Both the position numbers and the translations under genes were made by a program. A stretch of DNA of 64,000 nt from Klebsiella phage Magnus. Within the stretch, counting starts at the first letter, position 1, and each line of letters opens with the position of its first letter. Under the pieces are notes generated by a model that saw only the letters and a program-made list of their open reading frames with translations, had not been told where the DNA came from and searched no databases. This document shows positions 47,315 through 56,560 of the stretch, one piece after another. The stretch is from sequence record NC_049462.1, one strand, 5' to 3'.

Positions 47315-48013
47315 ATGAGACCTTTTCAGAATTATTTTTACCATGGTTCACTCCTGAAATATATCCATGTGTTCAACGCTATTATGTCTGACGTTCAGGT
47401 GAAAACCGAGCGCGGTCTTATGAAAGTCCCGTTACACATGGCTATTGGTCGTCGTAATGATCTGAACCGAAATACCCCGGCGAATGCATTACCATTTGCA
47501 ACTATGTCTTTCGGTCAATTTGAAATCAATAAGCAGGTAACAAATTCGTATCACAACAAATTGGCGACTAAAACTGCGACGTCTAAGCAACGAATTCCAA
47601 TCATCATCGACTTTGAATACAATGTGCGTACAAAGAAGATGAATGAAATGCTTCAGATCCTCGAACAGATTTATTCTGTTTACACCCCTTCAATAGATTG
47701 CCAGATAAAGGACAACGAAACGCTCAAGCAGGATCAGGTTGTGAAGATCCAATTGGTGAGCCATACGATGTCAGATAACTGGGAAGGGGATGCAGCTGAA
47801 TCTCCTCATGTCGATTGTAATTTCATGTTTCAGCTTCATGGTGCTATCTATGGCTGGGATTATTGGGTTGATGACGGTTCCGGTACTGGTGATCCAAACG
47901 TTATCAAGGAAATAATTATCGAAATGTCTACTGATTTGAATACACCGTGGACGGAATTGCCTCTTTGGTTTACTGTTGACAAAGACGGCGTCCACCATCC
48001 AGAGGATGATTGA
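47315..48013 (+). CDS. 15: tail sheath stabilizer/completion protein, T4 gp15-like
   Basis: 'YFYHGSLLKYIHVFNAIMSDVQVKTERGLMKVPL' matches T4 gp15 'YFYNSSFRRYATLMGDLFSNIQIKRQ...FIRVPI'. Confidence 0.7.
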   Translation: MRPFQNYFYHGSLLKYIHVFNAIMSDVQVKTERGLMKVPLHMAIGRRNDLNRNTPANALPFATMSFGQFEINKQVTNSYHNKLATKTATSKQRIPIIIDFEYNVRTKKMNEMLQILEQIYSVYTPSIDCQIKDNETLKQDQVVKIQLVSHTMSDNWEGDAAESPHVDCNFMFQLHGAIYGWDYWVDDGSGTGDPNVIKEIIIEMSTDLNTPWTELPLWFTVDKDGVHHPEDD

Positions 48014-48702
48014 TTATGTCTAATATGTCGGAACGTTTGTTACAGACCTTAGATGCTGTCTCAGCACGAGATGAGGTTGCTCAAGATGCGATGAAGAAAA
48101 CCGCATTGAAGCCCGGTGTTGATTATGATGAAGAAACGGGGGAGTGGTTAGGTGATCCCCCGGAAGGGTATCAAGGATTCGAGATGCCGCCATCATTGTC
48201 TGAAGTCGCGTCAAAAGAATCAAAAGTTCCTGAATACGAGGACACTGATGCCACGACTGACTACAAACGTATTCGTGACACCACATATGCTATGCAAGAA
48301 GCTACGATGTTCATGATGGGCAAGGCCGCTGAACTCGCCGCTTCTACAGAGGCTCCTCGTGCATTCAGCGTCTTCCGCGAGCTGGGTGAACTCATGCGTG
48401 GTCTCAATAAAGACCTGATGGAAAACCAGAAAACCATCAAGGATGTTACTCGCGACAAAGAGCCGCCGGGACAGACCACCGTTGAGGTTTCTGAAGATGA
48501 AAATGGAACGACTACAGTCAAAGTCGGCAAGACTGCTCGGTCGTCAAGAGATCTTCTTCAGATGATTGAGAAAGTTCGGCGTGACGCTGAGGCCAATCGA
48601 AATTCCCGTGTTAATCCTGACGAAGAAGTAATCGACGTTGCGGAAGAACCAAAACCGGAAGAGAAGTCAGAGGGTGAGGACAATGGCGAATCCGAAGCGT
48701 GA
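48010..48702 (+). CDS. 16: small terminase subunit, T4 gp16-like
   Basis: Position matches T4; 'YAMQEATMFMMGKAAELAAS' aligns with T4 gp16 '[20 protein letters not shown]'. Confidence 0.6.
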   Translation: MIMSNMSERLLQTLDAVSARDEVAQDAMKKTALKPGVDYDEETGEWLGDPPEGYQGFEMPPSLSEVASKESKVPEYEDTDATTDYKRIRDTTYAMQEATMFMMGKAAELAASTEAPRAFSVFRELGELMRGLNKDLMENQKTIKDVTRDKEPPGQTTVEVSEDENGTTTVKVGKTARSSRDLLQMIEKVRRDAEANRNSRVNPDEEVIDVAEEPKPEEKSEGEDNGESEA

Positions 48703-50893
48703 AGTCGAATATGCCCCGGTCAAGACGGGGTTTAAAATTGAAGACGTCAAATTGCGTATGGACCAAACGTTCATGCGCAAACCGACTGTGCGTGCTCCTC
48801 GTGTTGAATTAGTCCTTACTGATGAGCAGGAAGAAGAATATGTCAAGTGTGCTATGGACGCGCACTACTTCGCGGCGAATTATTACAAGATCACCACGAT
48901 TGACCATGGTTTCATCTTATTTGACATGCACGATTATCAGAAGCAGTTGTTCCATGATTTCCAGGATCATCGATTCAATGCTGTTGTGCAGGCTCGTCAG
49001 TCTGGTAAATGTGTTCGGGGCGACTCTGAAGTTTATGTTTACGATACTCTCAGCCAGGAAGAGTTCTCTATCACCATAGAGGAGCTTCACAGCCGCTTCG
49101 AAGACGTTAACCATGCAGAGCCGTTGAATACCATTGGCAAACACAATAAATTCGTAGATAGCCGCTTCGGCAAACGATACTTTGTACAGTCCGATAGTGG
49201 TTGGGTTCCGGTAATTGCTGCACACAAGACAAAAGAATACGCCGAGTATGTGGTCAAGACTGAAAGTGGCCGGACGATTCATGTCGCAGACGAACATCTA
49301 TTCTTTAATGAATATAATCGTGAGGTGTTCGCCAAAGATCTGGAAGCCGGGGATGCCATCATGACCCAGGATGGCCTTGAATGTATTTCTGAAATTTGGG
49401 AAACCGGTGAATCCCATCACATGTTTGACCTCCAGGTGAAATCATCTGAGCAGCGTTATTACACCAATGGGTTCCTGAGCCATAATACGACAGTGGTGGC
49501 GGCATTCCTTCTCTGGTATGCGATGTTCAACTCTGACAAAGAGATTGCGGTTCTGGCGAACAAAGAGAAACAGGCAATTGAAATCCTGGATCGTATTCGT
49601 AAAGCATACCAGGATATGCCATTCTTCGTTCAGCAAGGTTGTGAGAAGTTCGGTTCGACTCTGATTGAATTCGAGAACGGTTCGAAGATATTCGCATACG
49701 CGACTTCTTCGGACTCCATCCGTGGTCGTTCTGTATCTCTACTGTATGTTGACGAAGTCGCGTTCATTGAAAACGACTTTGAATTTTGGGAATCAACTTT
49801 CCCGGCGATCGCCCAGGCAGAGACTTCGAAGTGTATCCTCACCAGTACTCCCAAAGGTCAGCGCGGGCTGTTTTACGACATCGTCACGAAGGCGAACCCA
49901 GAACATCCTCAATACAACGACTTCAATCTTACGGAAGTTCCTTGGTACAGGGTTCCGGCGTACACCAAAGACCCGAATTGGGAATCCAAACAACGTGCCA
50001 AACTTGGCGACGCTCGTTTCGATCAGGAATTCGGTATCAAGTTCCGTGGTTCTGTCGGTTCATTAATACCGTCGAAATGTCTAGACAAGATGACATCCAA
50101 GTTGTATCAGGAGCCGAATGAGTTCACCAAAATCTACAAACCCTTTGACAAAACCAGAACATATTTTGGTATTGCGGATACAGGCAAAGGGGTTGAGGGG
50201 GACTACTCTGTGCTGACCATATTGGACATCACGGAATATCCTCATACGATTGCAGCCAAATATCGGAACAACACGATACCGCCAATGATGTATGCATACA
50301 CGATTGCCGATATGTGTACTCAATACGGTGAATGCCCTGTGCTTGTAGAGACTAACAATGATGTTGGTGGTCAGGTGATCACAATCCTGTATCAAGAAAT
50401 TGAATATCCGGAAATCGTGTTTACATCAACGGACAATAAAGGTACTGGTAAGAAGATCGGCGGGCGTCGTCCTGAACCAGGGATCAACACCAACAAGAAA
50501 GTTCGCTCTATCGGTTGTGCTAACCTGAAAGCACTTATCGAAAGAGAGATGTTGGTAATCGAAGACCAGGATACAATTGATGAACTCAGTACGTTCGTGT
50601 TTACTGGAACCCGCTATGAGGCCGATCAGGGTTGTCACGACGACTGCGTTATGCCACTTGTTCTCTATTCATGGGCTGTAAAACAGGAATGGTTCAGTGA
50701 CCTGACTGATACCAGCATTTCGCGAGATATGCGCGGACGTATGAATGCGATGGAGCAACACCAAGTCCTCCCGTTTGGGGGCAAATTTACTGGTGATACC
50801 CCTCATGAAGTCCAGCATATGCCGGGCTTCGGGGGTGTGAATGTATTTGATGAACGTTCTGGGATGTCAATGGAAGAGTGGTTCAAGAACTGA
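48683..50893 (+). CDS. 17: large terminase subunit, T4 gp17-like, interrupted by a mini-intein in the Walker-A motif
   Basis: The N-extein ends 'AVVQARQSGK' and the C-extein resumes 'TTVVAAFLLWYAMFNSDKEIAVLANK', matching the T4 gp17 P-loop 'SAARQLGKTTVVAIFLAHF'. Downstream similarity covers the whole length ('GCHDDCVMPLVLYSW' vs T4 'GYHDDLVMSLVIFGW'). Confidence 0.9.
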   Translation: MANPKREVEYAPVKTGFKIEDVKLRMDQTFMRKPTVRAPRVELVLTDEQEEEYVKCAMDAHYFAANYYKITTIDHGFILFDMHDYQKQLFHDFQDHRFNAVVQARQSGKCVRGDSEVYVYDTLSQEEFSITIEELHSRFEDVNHAEPLNTIGKHNKFVDSRFGKRYFVQSDSGWVPVIAAHKTKEYAEYVVKTESGRTIHVADEHLFFNEYNREVFAKDLEAGDAIMTQDGLECISEIWETGESHHMFDLQVKSSEQRYYTNGFLSHNTTVVAAFLLWYAMFNSDKEIAVLANKEKQAIEILDRIRKAYQDMPFFVQQGCEKFGSTLIEFENGSKIFAYATSSDSIRGRSVSLLYVDEVAFIENDFEFWESTFPAIAQAETSKCILTSTPKGQRGLFYDIVTKANPEHPQYNDFNLTEVPWYRVPAYTKDPNWESKQRAKLGDARFDQEFGIKFRGSVGSLIPSKCLDKMTSKLYQEPNEFTKIYKPFDKTRTYFGIADTGKGVEGDYSVLTILDITEYPHTIAAKYRNNTIPPMMYAYTIADMCTQYGECPVLVETNNDVGGQVITILYQEIEYPEIVFTSTDNKGTGKKIGGRRPEPGINTNKKVRSIGCANLKALIEREMLVIEDQDTIDELSTFVFTGTRYEADQGCHDDCVMPLVLYSWAVKQEWFSDLTDTSISRDMRGRMNAMEQHQVLPFGGKFTGDTPHEVQHMPGFGGVNVFDERSGMSMEEWFKN
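49010..49486 (+). mobile_element. 159-aa mini-intein (Hint domain, no endonuclease domain) inserted between K and T of the terminase P-loop GKT
   Basis: Starts with Cys ('CVRGDSEV') and ends with His-Asn ('FLSHN') followed by Thr; block-B-like 'GRTIHVADEHLF' and block-F-like 'HHMFDLQV'. Removing it restores a T4-length terminase (592 vs 610 aa). Confidence 0.8.
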
Positions 50894-50896
50894 TCA

Positions 50897-50904
50897 CTAA
50901 ATAT
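50897..50904 (+). promoter_or_regulatory. late-promoter-like motif CTAAATAT
   Basis: 42 nt upstream of gp18 ATG 50946. Confidence 0.4.
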
Positions 50905-50945
50905 CTTTCAAATTGAGCGAAACTCTACCGAGAAGGAATAATGTT

Positions 50946-52841
50946 ATGGCAACTACAAGTTTCAGCGTTGCGCCGTCTGTACAGTGGACCGAGCGCGATG
51001 CCACGCTTCAGACGTCTCCGTCCGTTGTTGTTCAGGGCGCGTCTGCTGGTAAATTCCAATGGGGTGAAGTAGAATTACCCGTGTTGGTTACTAGCGGTGA
51101 GACTGGTCTGGTGAAGAAATTCTTCAAACCGAATGATGATACCGCGATCGACTTTCTGGTCATTGCTGACTTTATGTCGTATAGTTCTGCTGCATGGGTG
51201 ACCCGTATCGTCGGCCCTACTGCCAAGAACGCCGTGACTAAAGGTCAGAGCGCTATCCTCATCAAAAACAAACTGGACTTTGAGACCGCAAGTCCGTCGG
51301 CTTCTATCACCTGGACTGGTCGTTATCCCGGTTCTCTGGGCAACGATATCGCCGTTAACATCTGTGATGCAGCGTCATTCCCGACCTGGGAATTCCGTAA
51401 CAACTTTGCCTATGCTCCTCAGGCTGGCGAATTCCACGTTGTTATTGTGGACAAAGTTGGCCGTATCACCGATTCTTCCGGTGCTGTCGGTCAGGTAGAT
51501 CGTATTTCTATTTCTGGTACTGCTACCGCCGCTGGCGCCATTACAGTAGCAGGTGAATCTGTTGCATATCTGCAGACGGATACTCCAGCAACTCTGGCGG
51601 CTAAAATCGGCCTGGAGATGGAAGCGCTGACTGATGTTTATTCGAGCGTTGTTGTGAAATCGAATACCGTCATTCTGACCCACAAAGCTATCGGCCCGCA
51701 GCCCGTGACTGCCGTGGTTCCTGATGCTAATGGCCTGACTGGTACTGCGATCATCACCACTGTTGGCGCATCCGGTACGATCATCGAGAAATATGAACTG
51801 ATGCAGAATACCCAAGGCGCGAAAAAGTCTGATGGTGCTAATGCTTACTTCAAAGACGTGATCAACAACACTTCGAATTGGGTTTACACCTTCACTAATG
51901 CCCTGGCGGCAGGTGTAGTTGAACTCGAAGGTGGCGTTGATGATTACGACGTCAACCGTGTCGCTGCTATCGAAGCCCTGAACAACGCCGAAGCATACGA
52001 TGCTAAACCTGTGTTCGCATACTGTGAAGAACTGATCGAGCAGCAGGCTATCATCGACCTGTCGACTAACCGTAAAGACACAGTGTCCTTCGTGTCGCCG
52101 CTGCGTGATGTTGTAGTCGGCAACCGTGGTCGTGAAATGGATGATGTTGTGGCTTGGCGTGAAAGCCTGGTGCGCGATTCTTCCTATTTCTTTATGGATG
52201 ACAACTGGGCATACGTTTACGACAAGTACAACGACAAAATGCGCTGGATCCCGGCGTGTGGCGGTACTGCAGGTCTGTGGGCGCGTACTATTGAGATTGC
52301 TGGTATCTATAAGTCCCCGGCGTTCCATAACCGTGGCAAATACAACAATTACAACCGTATGGCGTGGTCTGCGTCTTCTGATGAACGTGCTGTGCTGTAT
52401 CGCAACCAGATCAACAGCATCGTCACCTTCTCCACAGAAGGCATCGTGTTGTACGGTGATAAGACTGGCCTGACCCGCCCGTCGGCGTTCGATCGCATTA
52501 ACGTGCGCGGCCTGTTCATCATGGCTGAACAAAACATCGCTGCCATCGCCAAATACTATCTTGGTGAAAACAACGATGCGTTCACTCGCAGCCTGTTTAG
52601 CAACGCCGTTCGTCCTTATATCCGCCAGCTGGCCAACATGGGCGCGATCTATGACGGTAAGGTCAAGTGCGACGAAGACAACAACCCGGCAGAAGTTATC
52701 GCGGCAAACCAGATGGTTGCTGGTATCTGGTTGAAACCGGAATACAGCATAAATTGGGTGTATCTTGACTTTGCTGCAGTTCGACCGGACATGGAGTTCA
52801 GCGAAATCGAATCTGGCGGCGGCATAGTCGCAGCGTCCTAA
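50946..52841 (+). CDS. 18: tail sheath protein, T4 gp18-like (632 aa)
   Basis: 'YNDKMRWIPACGGTAGLWARTIE' and 'LYGDKTGLTRPSAFDRINVRGLF' match T4 gp18 'YNDVNRWVPLAADIAGLCARTDN' and 'LYGDKTATSVPSPFDRINVRRLF'. Confidence 0.9.
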   Translation: MATTSFSVAPSVQWTERDATLQTSPSVVVQGASAGKFQWGEVELPVLVTSGETGLVKKFFKPNDDTAIDFLVIADFMSYSSAAWVTRIVGPTAKNAVTKGQSAILIKNKLDFETASPSASITWTGRYPGSLGNDIAVNICDAASFPTWEFRNNFAYAPQAGEFHVVIVDKVGRITDSSGAVGQVDRISISGTATAAGAITVAGESVAYLQTDTPATLAAKIGLEMEALTDVYSSVVVKSNTVILTHKAIGPQPVTAVVPDANGLTGTAIITTVGASGTIIEKYELMQNTQGAKKSDGANAYFKDVINNTSNWVYTFTNALAAGVVELEGGVDDYDVNRVAAIEALNNAEAYDAKPVFAYCEELIEQQAIIDLSTNRKDTVSFVSPLRDVVVGNRGREMDDVVAWRESLVRDSSYFFMDDNWAYVYDKYNDKMRWIPACGGTAGLWARTIEIAGIYKSPAFHNRGKYNNYNRMAWSASSDERAVLYRNQINSIVTFSTEGIVLYGDKTGLTRPSAFDRINVRGLFIMAEQNIAAIAKYYLGENNDAFTRSLFSNAVRPYIRQLANMGAIYDGKVKCDEDNNPAEVIAANQMVAGIWLKPEYSINWVYLDFAAVRPDMEFSEIESGGGIVAAS

Positions 52842-52846
52842 ATATA
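52839..52846 (+). promoter_or_regulatory. late-promoter-like motif CTAAATAT overlapping the gp18 stop, followed by hairpin 52854-52873
   Basis: Motif, then ATGCCCTC-TTCG-GAGGGCAT. Confidence 0.35.
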
Positions 52847-52884
52847 AGACACATGCCCTCTTCGGAGGGCATTGAGGTATTGTT

Positions 52885-53187
52885 ATGAAAAGTTTTTCTC
52901 AATTTTTAGCAGAAGCGGGCCTAAAAGGTGACCTTCAGAAAGTTAAAGACTCCGTAATTGAGTGGTTGGAAGACCAAGATGTAAGACTCAAAAATGGGGA
53001 TATCGAAAATGGAGTATTTGGAGATTTCTTCCGCATAACCATTGATGATTTTGCATATACATATAATGGCAAAGAGATCAAAGTATTCGATCTGAAGAAA
53101 GATAAACAGGTTGTTAACAAAGCTGCTGGAACTCGAGAAGCCCCAGGTGAACTCGGTAAATTGTTTAAGAAATACAGCAAAGTGTAA
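52885..53187 (+). CDS. small hypothetical protein (100 aa)
   Basis: ORF between gp18 and the homing endonuclease gene. Confidence 0.45.
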   Translation: MKSFSQFLAEAGLKGDLQKVKDSVIEWLEDQDVRLKNGDIENGVFGDFFRITIDDFAYTYNGKEIKVFDLKKDKQVVNKAAGTREAPGELGKLFKKYSKV

Positions 53188-53190
53188 CAT

Positions 53191-53216
53191 ACCCCGCTTC
53201 GGCGGGGTTTTACTTC
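53191..53216 (+). terminator. Rho-independent terminator
   Basis: ACCCCGC-TTCG-GCGGGGT followed by TTTTACTTC. Confidence 0.6.
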
Positions 53217-53250
53217 GGGGTAAATAATATCGGCAACCCGGAGATTTGAA

Positions 53251-53706
53251 ATGATATTTGCATACAAAATTGAAATGAATGCCAACAACATGGTCTATAT
53301 CGGTGTGACCAATGATCCGCAAAGGCGATATGAGCAACATTTGGCCAATGCATTTCAATATAATGTTGAAAGTGAATTGTATGATGCCATGCGCAAATAT
53401 GGGGCTTCTGCTTTTACTTTCGTGATTATTGCTCAAACCGATGAAGTCCACAAATGGGAATTGGAAAAGCAATTAATTGCTCAATATAATTCTTATGAAT
53501 TGGGCTACAACATGAATAAAGGCGGTAACGATGGAAGTCATCTGGTTGGTAAAGCTGCTGCTAAATTGACCTCCACTGGAGAACATATTGGTATGGTCTC
53601 ATTAATTGATCCACGTTGGGATCTCTGTGAGATTGAACCAGTACGGAACAATGTTGATCATGGCTTTGATCTCAGTAAATTGACGATCAAAAGATTAACA
53701 GACTAA
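53251..53706 (+). CDS. free-standing GIY-YIG homing endonuclease (151 aa)
   Basis: N-terminal 'MVYIGVTNDPQRRYEQH' (GIY-YIG core with a conserved Arg and Glu); inserted between the sheath and tube genes, which are adjacent in T4. Confidence 0.7.
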   Translation: MIFAYKIEMNANNMVYIGVTNDPQRRYEQHLANAFQYNVESELYDAMRKYGASAFTFVIIAQTDEVHKWELEKQLIAQYNSYELGYNMNKGGNDGSHLVGKAAAKLTSTGEHIGMVSLIDPRWDLCEIEPVRNNVDHGFDLSKLTIKRLTD

Positions 53707-53740
53707 TTAGAATTGTGTAACTCTTTTTGGAGAATGTATA

Positions 53741-54274
53741 ATGGCTACAGTAAATGAATTTCGCGCGGCCATGTCACGTGGGGGCGGCGTTCAACGTCAG
53801 CACCGCTGGCGTGTGACTGTAAACTTCCCGGCATTCGTAGCGGGTTCTGACACCATTCGTGACGTATCTCTGTTGGCTGTAACAACCAACACCCCGACAG
53901 GCCAGCTGGGTGAGATTCTCGTTCCGTGGGGTGGCCGTGAACTGCCGTTCCCTGGCGACCGTCGTTTTGAGGCTCTGCCTGTAACGTTCATCAACGTTGT
54001 AGACAACGCCCCGTACAACGCATTTGAAATCTGGCAGCAGTATATCAACGGCAGCAACAACAACCGTGCGTCTGCTAACCCAGATGATTATTTCCGTGAC
54101 ATCATCATGGAACTGCTGGATGCTAACGACAACGTCACCAAGACCTGGACGCTGCAGGGCGGCTGGCCTCAGAACCTCGGTCAGCTGGAACTGGATATGT
54201 CTGCTATGGACTCCTATACTCAGTTCACTGTTGACCTGCGTTACTTCCAGGCCATTTCGGACAAGTCTCTCTAA
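53741..54274 (+). CDS. 19: tail tube protein, T4 gp19-like
   Basis: 'TWTLQGGWPQNLGQLELDMSAMDSYTQFTVDLRY' matches T4 gp19 'EIEIKGLWPTNVGELQLDWDSNNEIQTFEVTLALDY'. Confidence 0.85.
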   Translation: MATVNEFRAAMSRGGGVQRQHRWRVTVNFPAFVAGSDTIRDVSLLAVTTNTPTGQLGEILVPWGGRELPFPGDRRFEALPVTFINVVDNAPYNAFEIWQQYINGSNNNRASANPDDYFRDIIMELLDANDNVTKTWTLQGGWPQNLGQLELDMSAMDSYTQFTVDLRYFQAISDKSL

Positions 54275-54342
54275 CGTTACACGTGGTGGGGGAATTTATT
54301 TCCCCACCACTAATTACAAGAAAACGTTGAGGACATATAATC

Positions 54343-56025
54343 ATGGCATACGGCAAAGGTTTCTTTGGTCTGTTCAGCGGCGGCGGTTTAGTTGACGCCA
54401 AAGTTGACACGGACAAATATGTCCAGAGTCAAGAAGAGAAGCTGCTTTCAAAAGCGACTGTTGTAGCTCTGGACGACGCTCAGGATGGTTCAGTCATCCT
54501 CCAGGGCGGGGCCAACACTTACAATTATGTTGGTGTTGAGAGCGAGCTGCTTAATGTCAAACAGCTTGTTGAAGAATATCAGTCCATGGCTCAGCAGCCT
54601 GAAATCCGCAAAGCGGTGGACATCATTATTAACGACGTTGTCACCTGCGAAGAAGATGAAACGCCGGTTACTATCAATCTCGATAAAGTTGAAGGCATCA
54701 GTGAAGATTTGAAAGAACAAATCACAGAATGCTTCAAAGAGATTATGAATTTGCTGGACTTTGACGACACCGCGTATCAGAAGATTCGTAAATGGTATGT
54801 TGAAGGCCGTCAGGCATATCATGTTGTAACTGACCCAACCAAGCCGGGTAACGGCATTCAGAAGCTGGTCATGCTTGATTCTCGTTGCATCCGTCCAGTA
54901 TACGTCGTTGAGAAAACGATGCGAGAAGGCGGCATCGAGGCAATCGAAAAGGTCACTCTCAAGTATTACTACAATCCGAACTACAACCGCAACCAATTCA
55001 CTGGTCAATCTGGGACATCTCAGAACTTCCAGCCGTCTCAACAGGAACTGGTATTTGACGAAGAAAGTATCGTCTATGTTGATAGCGGTGAAGATCCTTT
55101 GGCAAATGGTGTTGTTCCCGGTCTGCTGAACCCTGCTATCCGTCCGCTCAACAACCTGGTTACGGTTGAGGATGCGACGGTAATTTACGCCATCACCCGT
55201 GCTCCAGAAAAACGTGCATTCTATCTGGACGTCGGTACTCTCGGTAAGAAATCTGCCGAAGAATACATGACTATGATGATGGGTAAATTCAAAAACCGTC
55301 TGGCATTCGACCGCAGTACTGGTAAGATTACGGGCAACAGCCATCTGATGGGGATTGCTGAGGACTACTGGTTGCCTCGTCGTGAAGGTCAGAACGCTAC
55401 TGAGATTTCAACAGTCGGTGGTGGCGACCAATTAGGACAGATGGACCACGTCAATTACTTCCTTGAAAAACTGTATAGCTCTCTGTTTATTCCAAAGAGT
55501 CGTATCCAGGAAGAAGGGAGCATCAATATTGGCGGTTCTAATTTGGCTGAGATCACCCAGGAAGAACTGCGGTTCAATAAATTCTGCGCAGGTTTGCGCC
55601 GTCGTTATTCTAAATTCTTCTCTGAATTTTTACGTCGTCAGTTAATTTTGAAAAAGATTACTGACGAACAAGATTGGGTTGAAAAAATTCAACCGTTTGT
55701 TACGTTTGAATTCACCTCAGACAGTTTTATCCGTGAACAGCAAGAAAATGAAATGCTTGCTGGTCGCCTCAGTGCCCTGACCGGGATTGAGCCTTATATC
55801 GGAACATTCTTCTCAATTGATTACGCGATGCGGAACATTATGCGTATGTCTGATGAAGAAATTAAGGCTCAGCAAGAGAAGATCAAAGAAGAAAAAGATA
55901 AAGGAATGTATCCGAAGGTTCAGGCTGATGAAAGCGGTGGGTTTAGTGGACAAGATGTTAGCCCGCTGAAATGGCGACCTGAAGTCGTACCTTTCCAGGG
56001 TACGCCCGGCGGAGTGGAAGAGTAA
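54343..56025 (+). CDS. 20: portal protein, T4 gp20-like (560 aa)
   Basis: Position and size match T4 (gp20 is 524 aa) between gp19 and the prohead core genes; GAGGA RBS. Confidence 0.8.
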   Translation: MAYGKGFFGLFSGGGLVDAKVDTDKYVQSQEEKLLSKATVVALDDAQDGSVILQGGANTYNYVGVESELLNVKQLVEEYQSMAQQPEIRKAVDIIINDVVTCEEDETPVTINLDKVEGISEDLKEQITECFKEIMNLLDFDDTAYQKIRKWYVEGRQAYHVVTDPTKPGNGIQKLVMLDSRCIRPVYVVEKTMREGGIEAIEKVTLKYYYNPNYNRNQFTGQSGTSQNFQPSQQELVFDEESIVYVDSGEDPLANGVVPGLLNPAIRPLNNLVTVEDATVIYAITRAPEKRAFYLDVGTLGKKSAEEYMTMMMGKFKNRLAFDRSTGKITGNSHLMGIAEDYWLPRREGQNATEISTVGGGDQLGQMDHVNYFLEKLYSSLFIPKSRIQEEGSINIGGSNLAEITQEELRFNKFCAGLRRRYSKFFSEFLRRQLILKKITDEQDWVEKIQPFVTFEFTSDSFIREQQENEMLAGRLSALTGIEPYIGTFFSIDYAMRNIMRMSDEEIKAQQEKIKEEKDKGMYPKVQADESGGFSGQDVSPLKWRPEVVPFQGTPGGVEE

Positions 56026-56036
56026 AAATTTATCAA

Positions 56037-56044
56037 CTAAATAT
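56037..56044 (+). promoter_or_regulatory. late-promoter-like motif CTAAATAT
   Basis: 27 nt upstream of ATG 56071. Confidence 0.35.
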
Positions 56045-56070
56045 AGAAAATTAACTTCGGAGATACAATC

Positions 56071-56235
56071 ATGAGCGCGATCGATATTGTTCGAGCCGTA
56101 CTGGATGGTGACATCGAAAATGCCACGGCAGAATGTGGTATGGAACTTGATGCCCGCCGTGAAGAACTGATTGCTCAGGGTACAGAATACGTTCTGAATT
56201 CCCTGGGTGACGACCTCAGCACTGGCGCGGAATAG
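56071..56235 (+). CDS. small acidic prohead-core-like protein (54 aa), at the T4 gp67 position
   Basis: Hand-translated 'MSAIDIVRAVLDGDIENATAECGMELDARREELIAQGTEYVLNSLGDDLSTGAE'. Confidence 0.4.
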   Translation: MSAIDIVRAVLDGDIENATAECGMELDARREELIAQGTEYVLNSLGDDLSTGAE

Positions 56236-56244
56236 GTGATTAAT

Positions 56245-56553
56245 ATGGAAATCAAAGAAATTGCCACGTTCGCTGATTTCCTGGCTTCCCGCATGGACGA
56301 ACAGAAAGTCATCGATAAAGTGAACGCAAAAGGTAAACGCCGTCGTCGTTTAAAATGCGCTCCCGGATTCAAACTTTCCGCTGATGGTTCTCGTTGTGAA
56401 GTCATGAACGCCAGCGAGCGCCGTTCCCGTAAACTGGGCAACCGGAAAGCCATACGCGCCAAAAAACGTATGGGTCTGGGGTATGAACGCAAAGTCGAGC
56501 GGCGTAAAAAGAAAGCCATGAAGTTCCGTAAAATGATGGGACTGAGTAAGTAA
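56245..56553 (+). CDS. basic prohead core/internal-protein-like protein (102 aa), at the T4 gp68 position
   Basis: Arg/Lys-rich 'KGKRRRRLK...RRKKKAMKFRK'. Confidence 0.45.
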   Translation: MEIKEIATFADFLASRMDEQKVIDKVNAKGKRRRRLKCAPGFKLSADGSRCEVMNASERRSRKLGNRKAIRAKKRMGLGYERKVERRKKKAMKFRKMMGLSK

Positions 56554-56560
56554 GGAGCAA

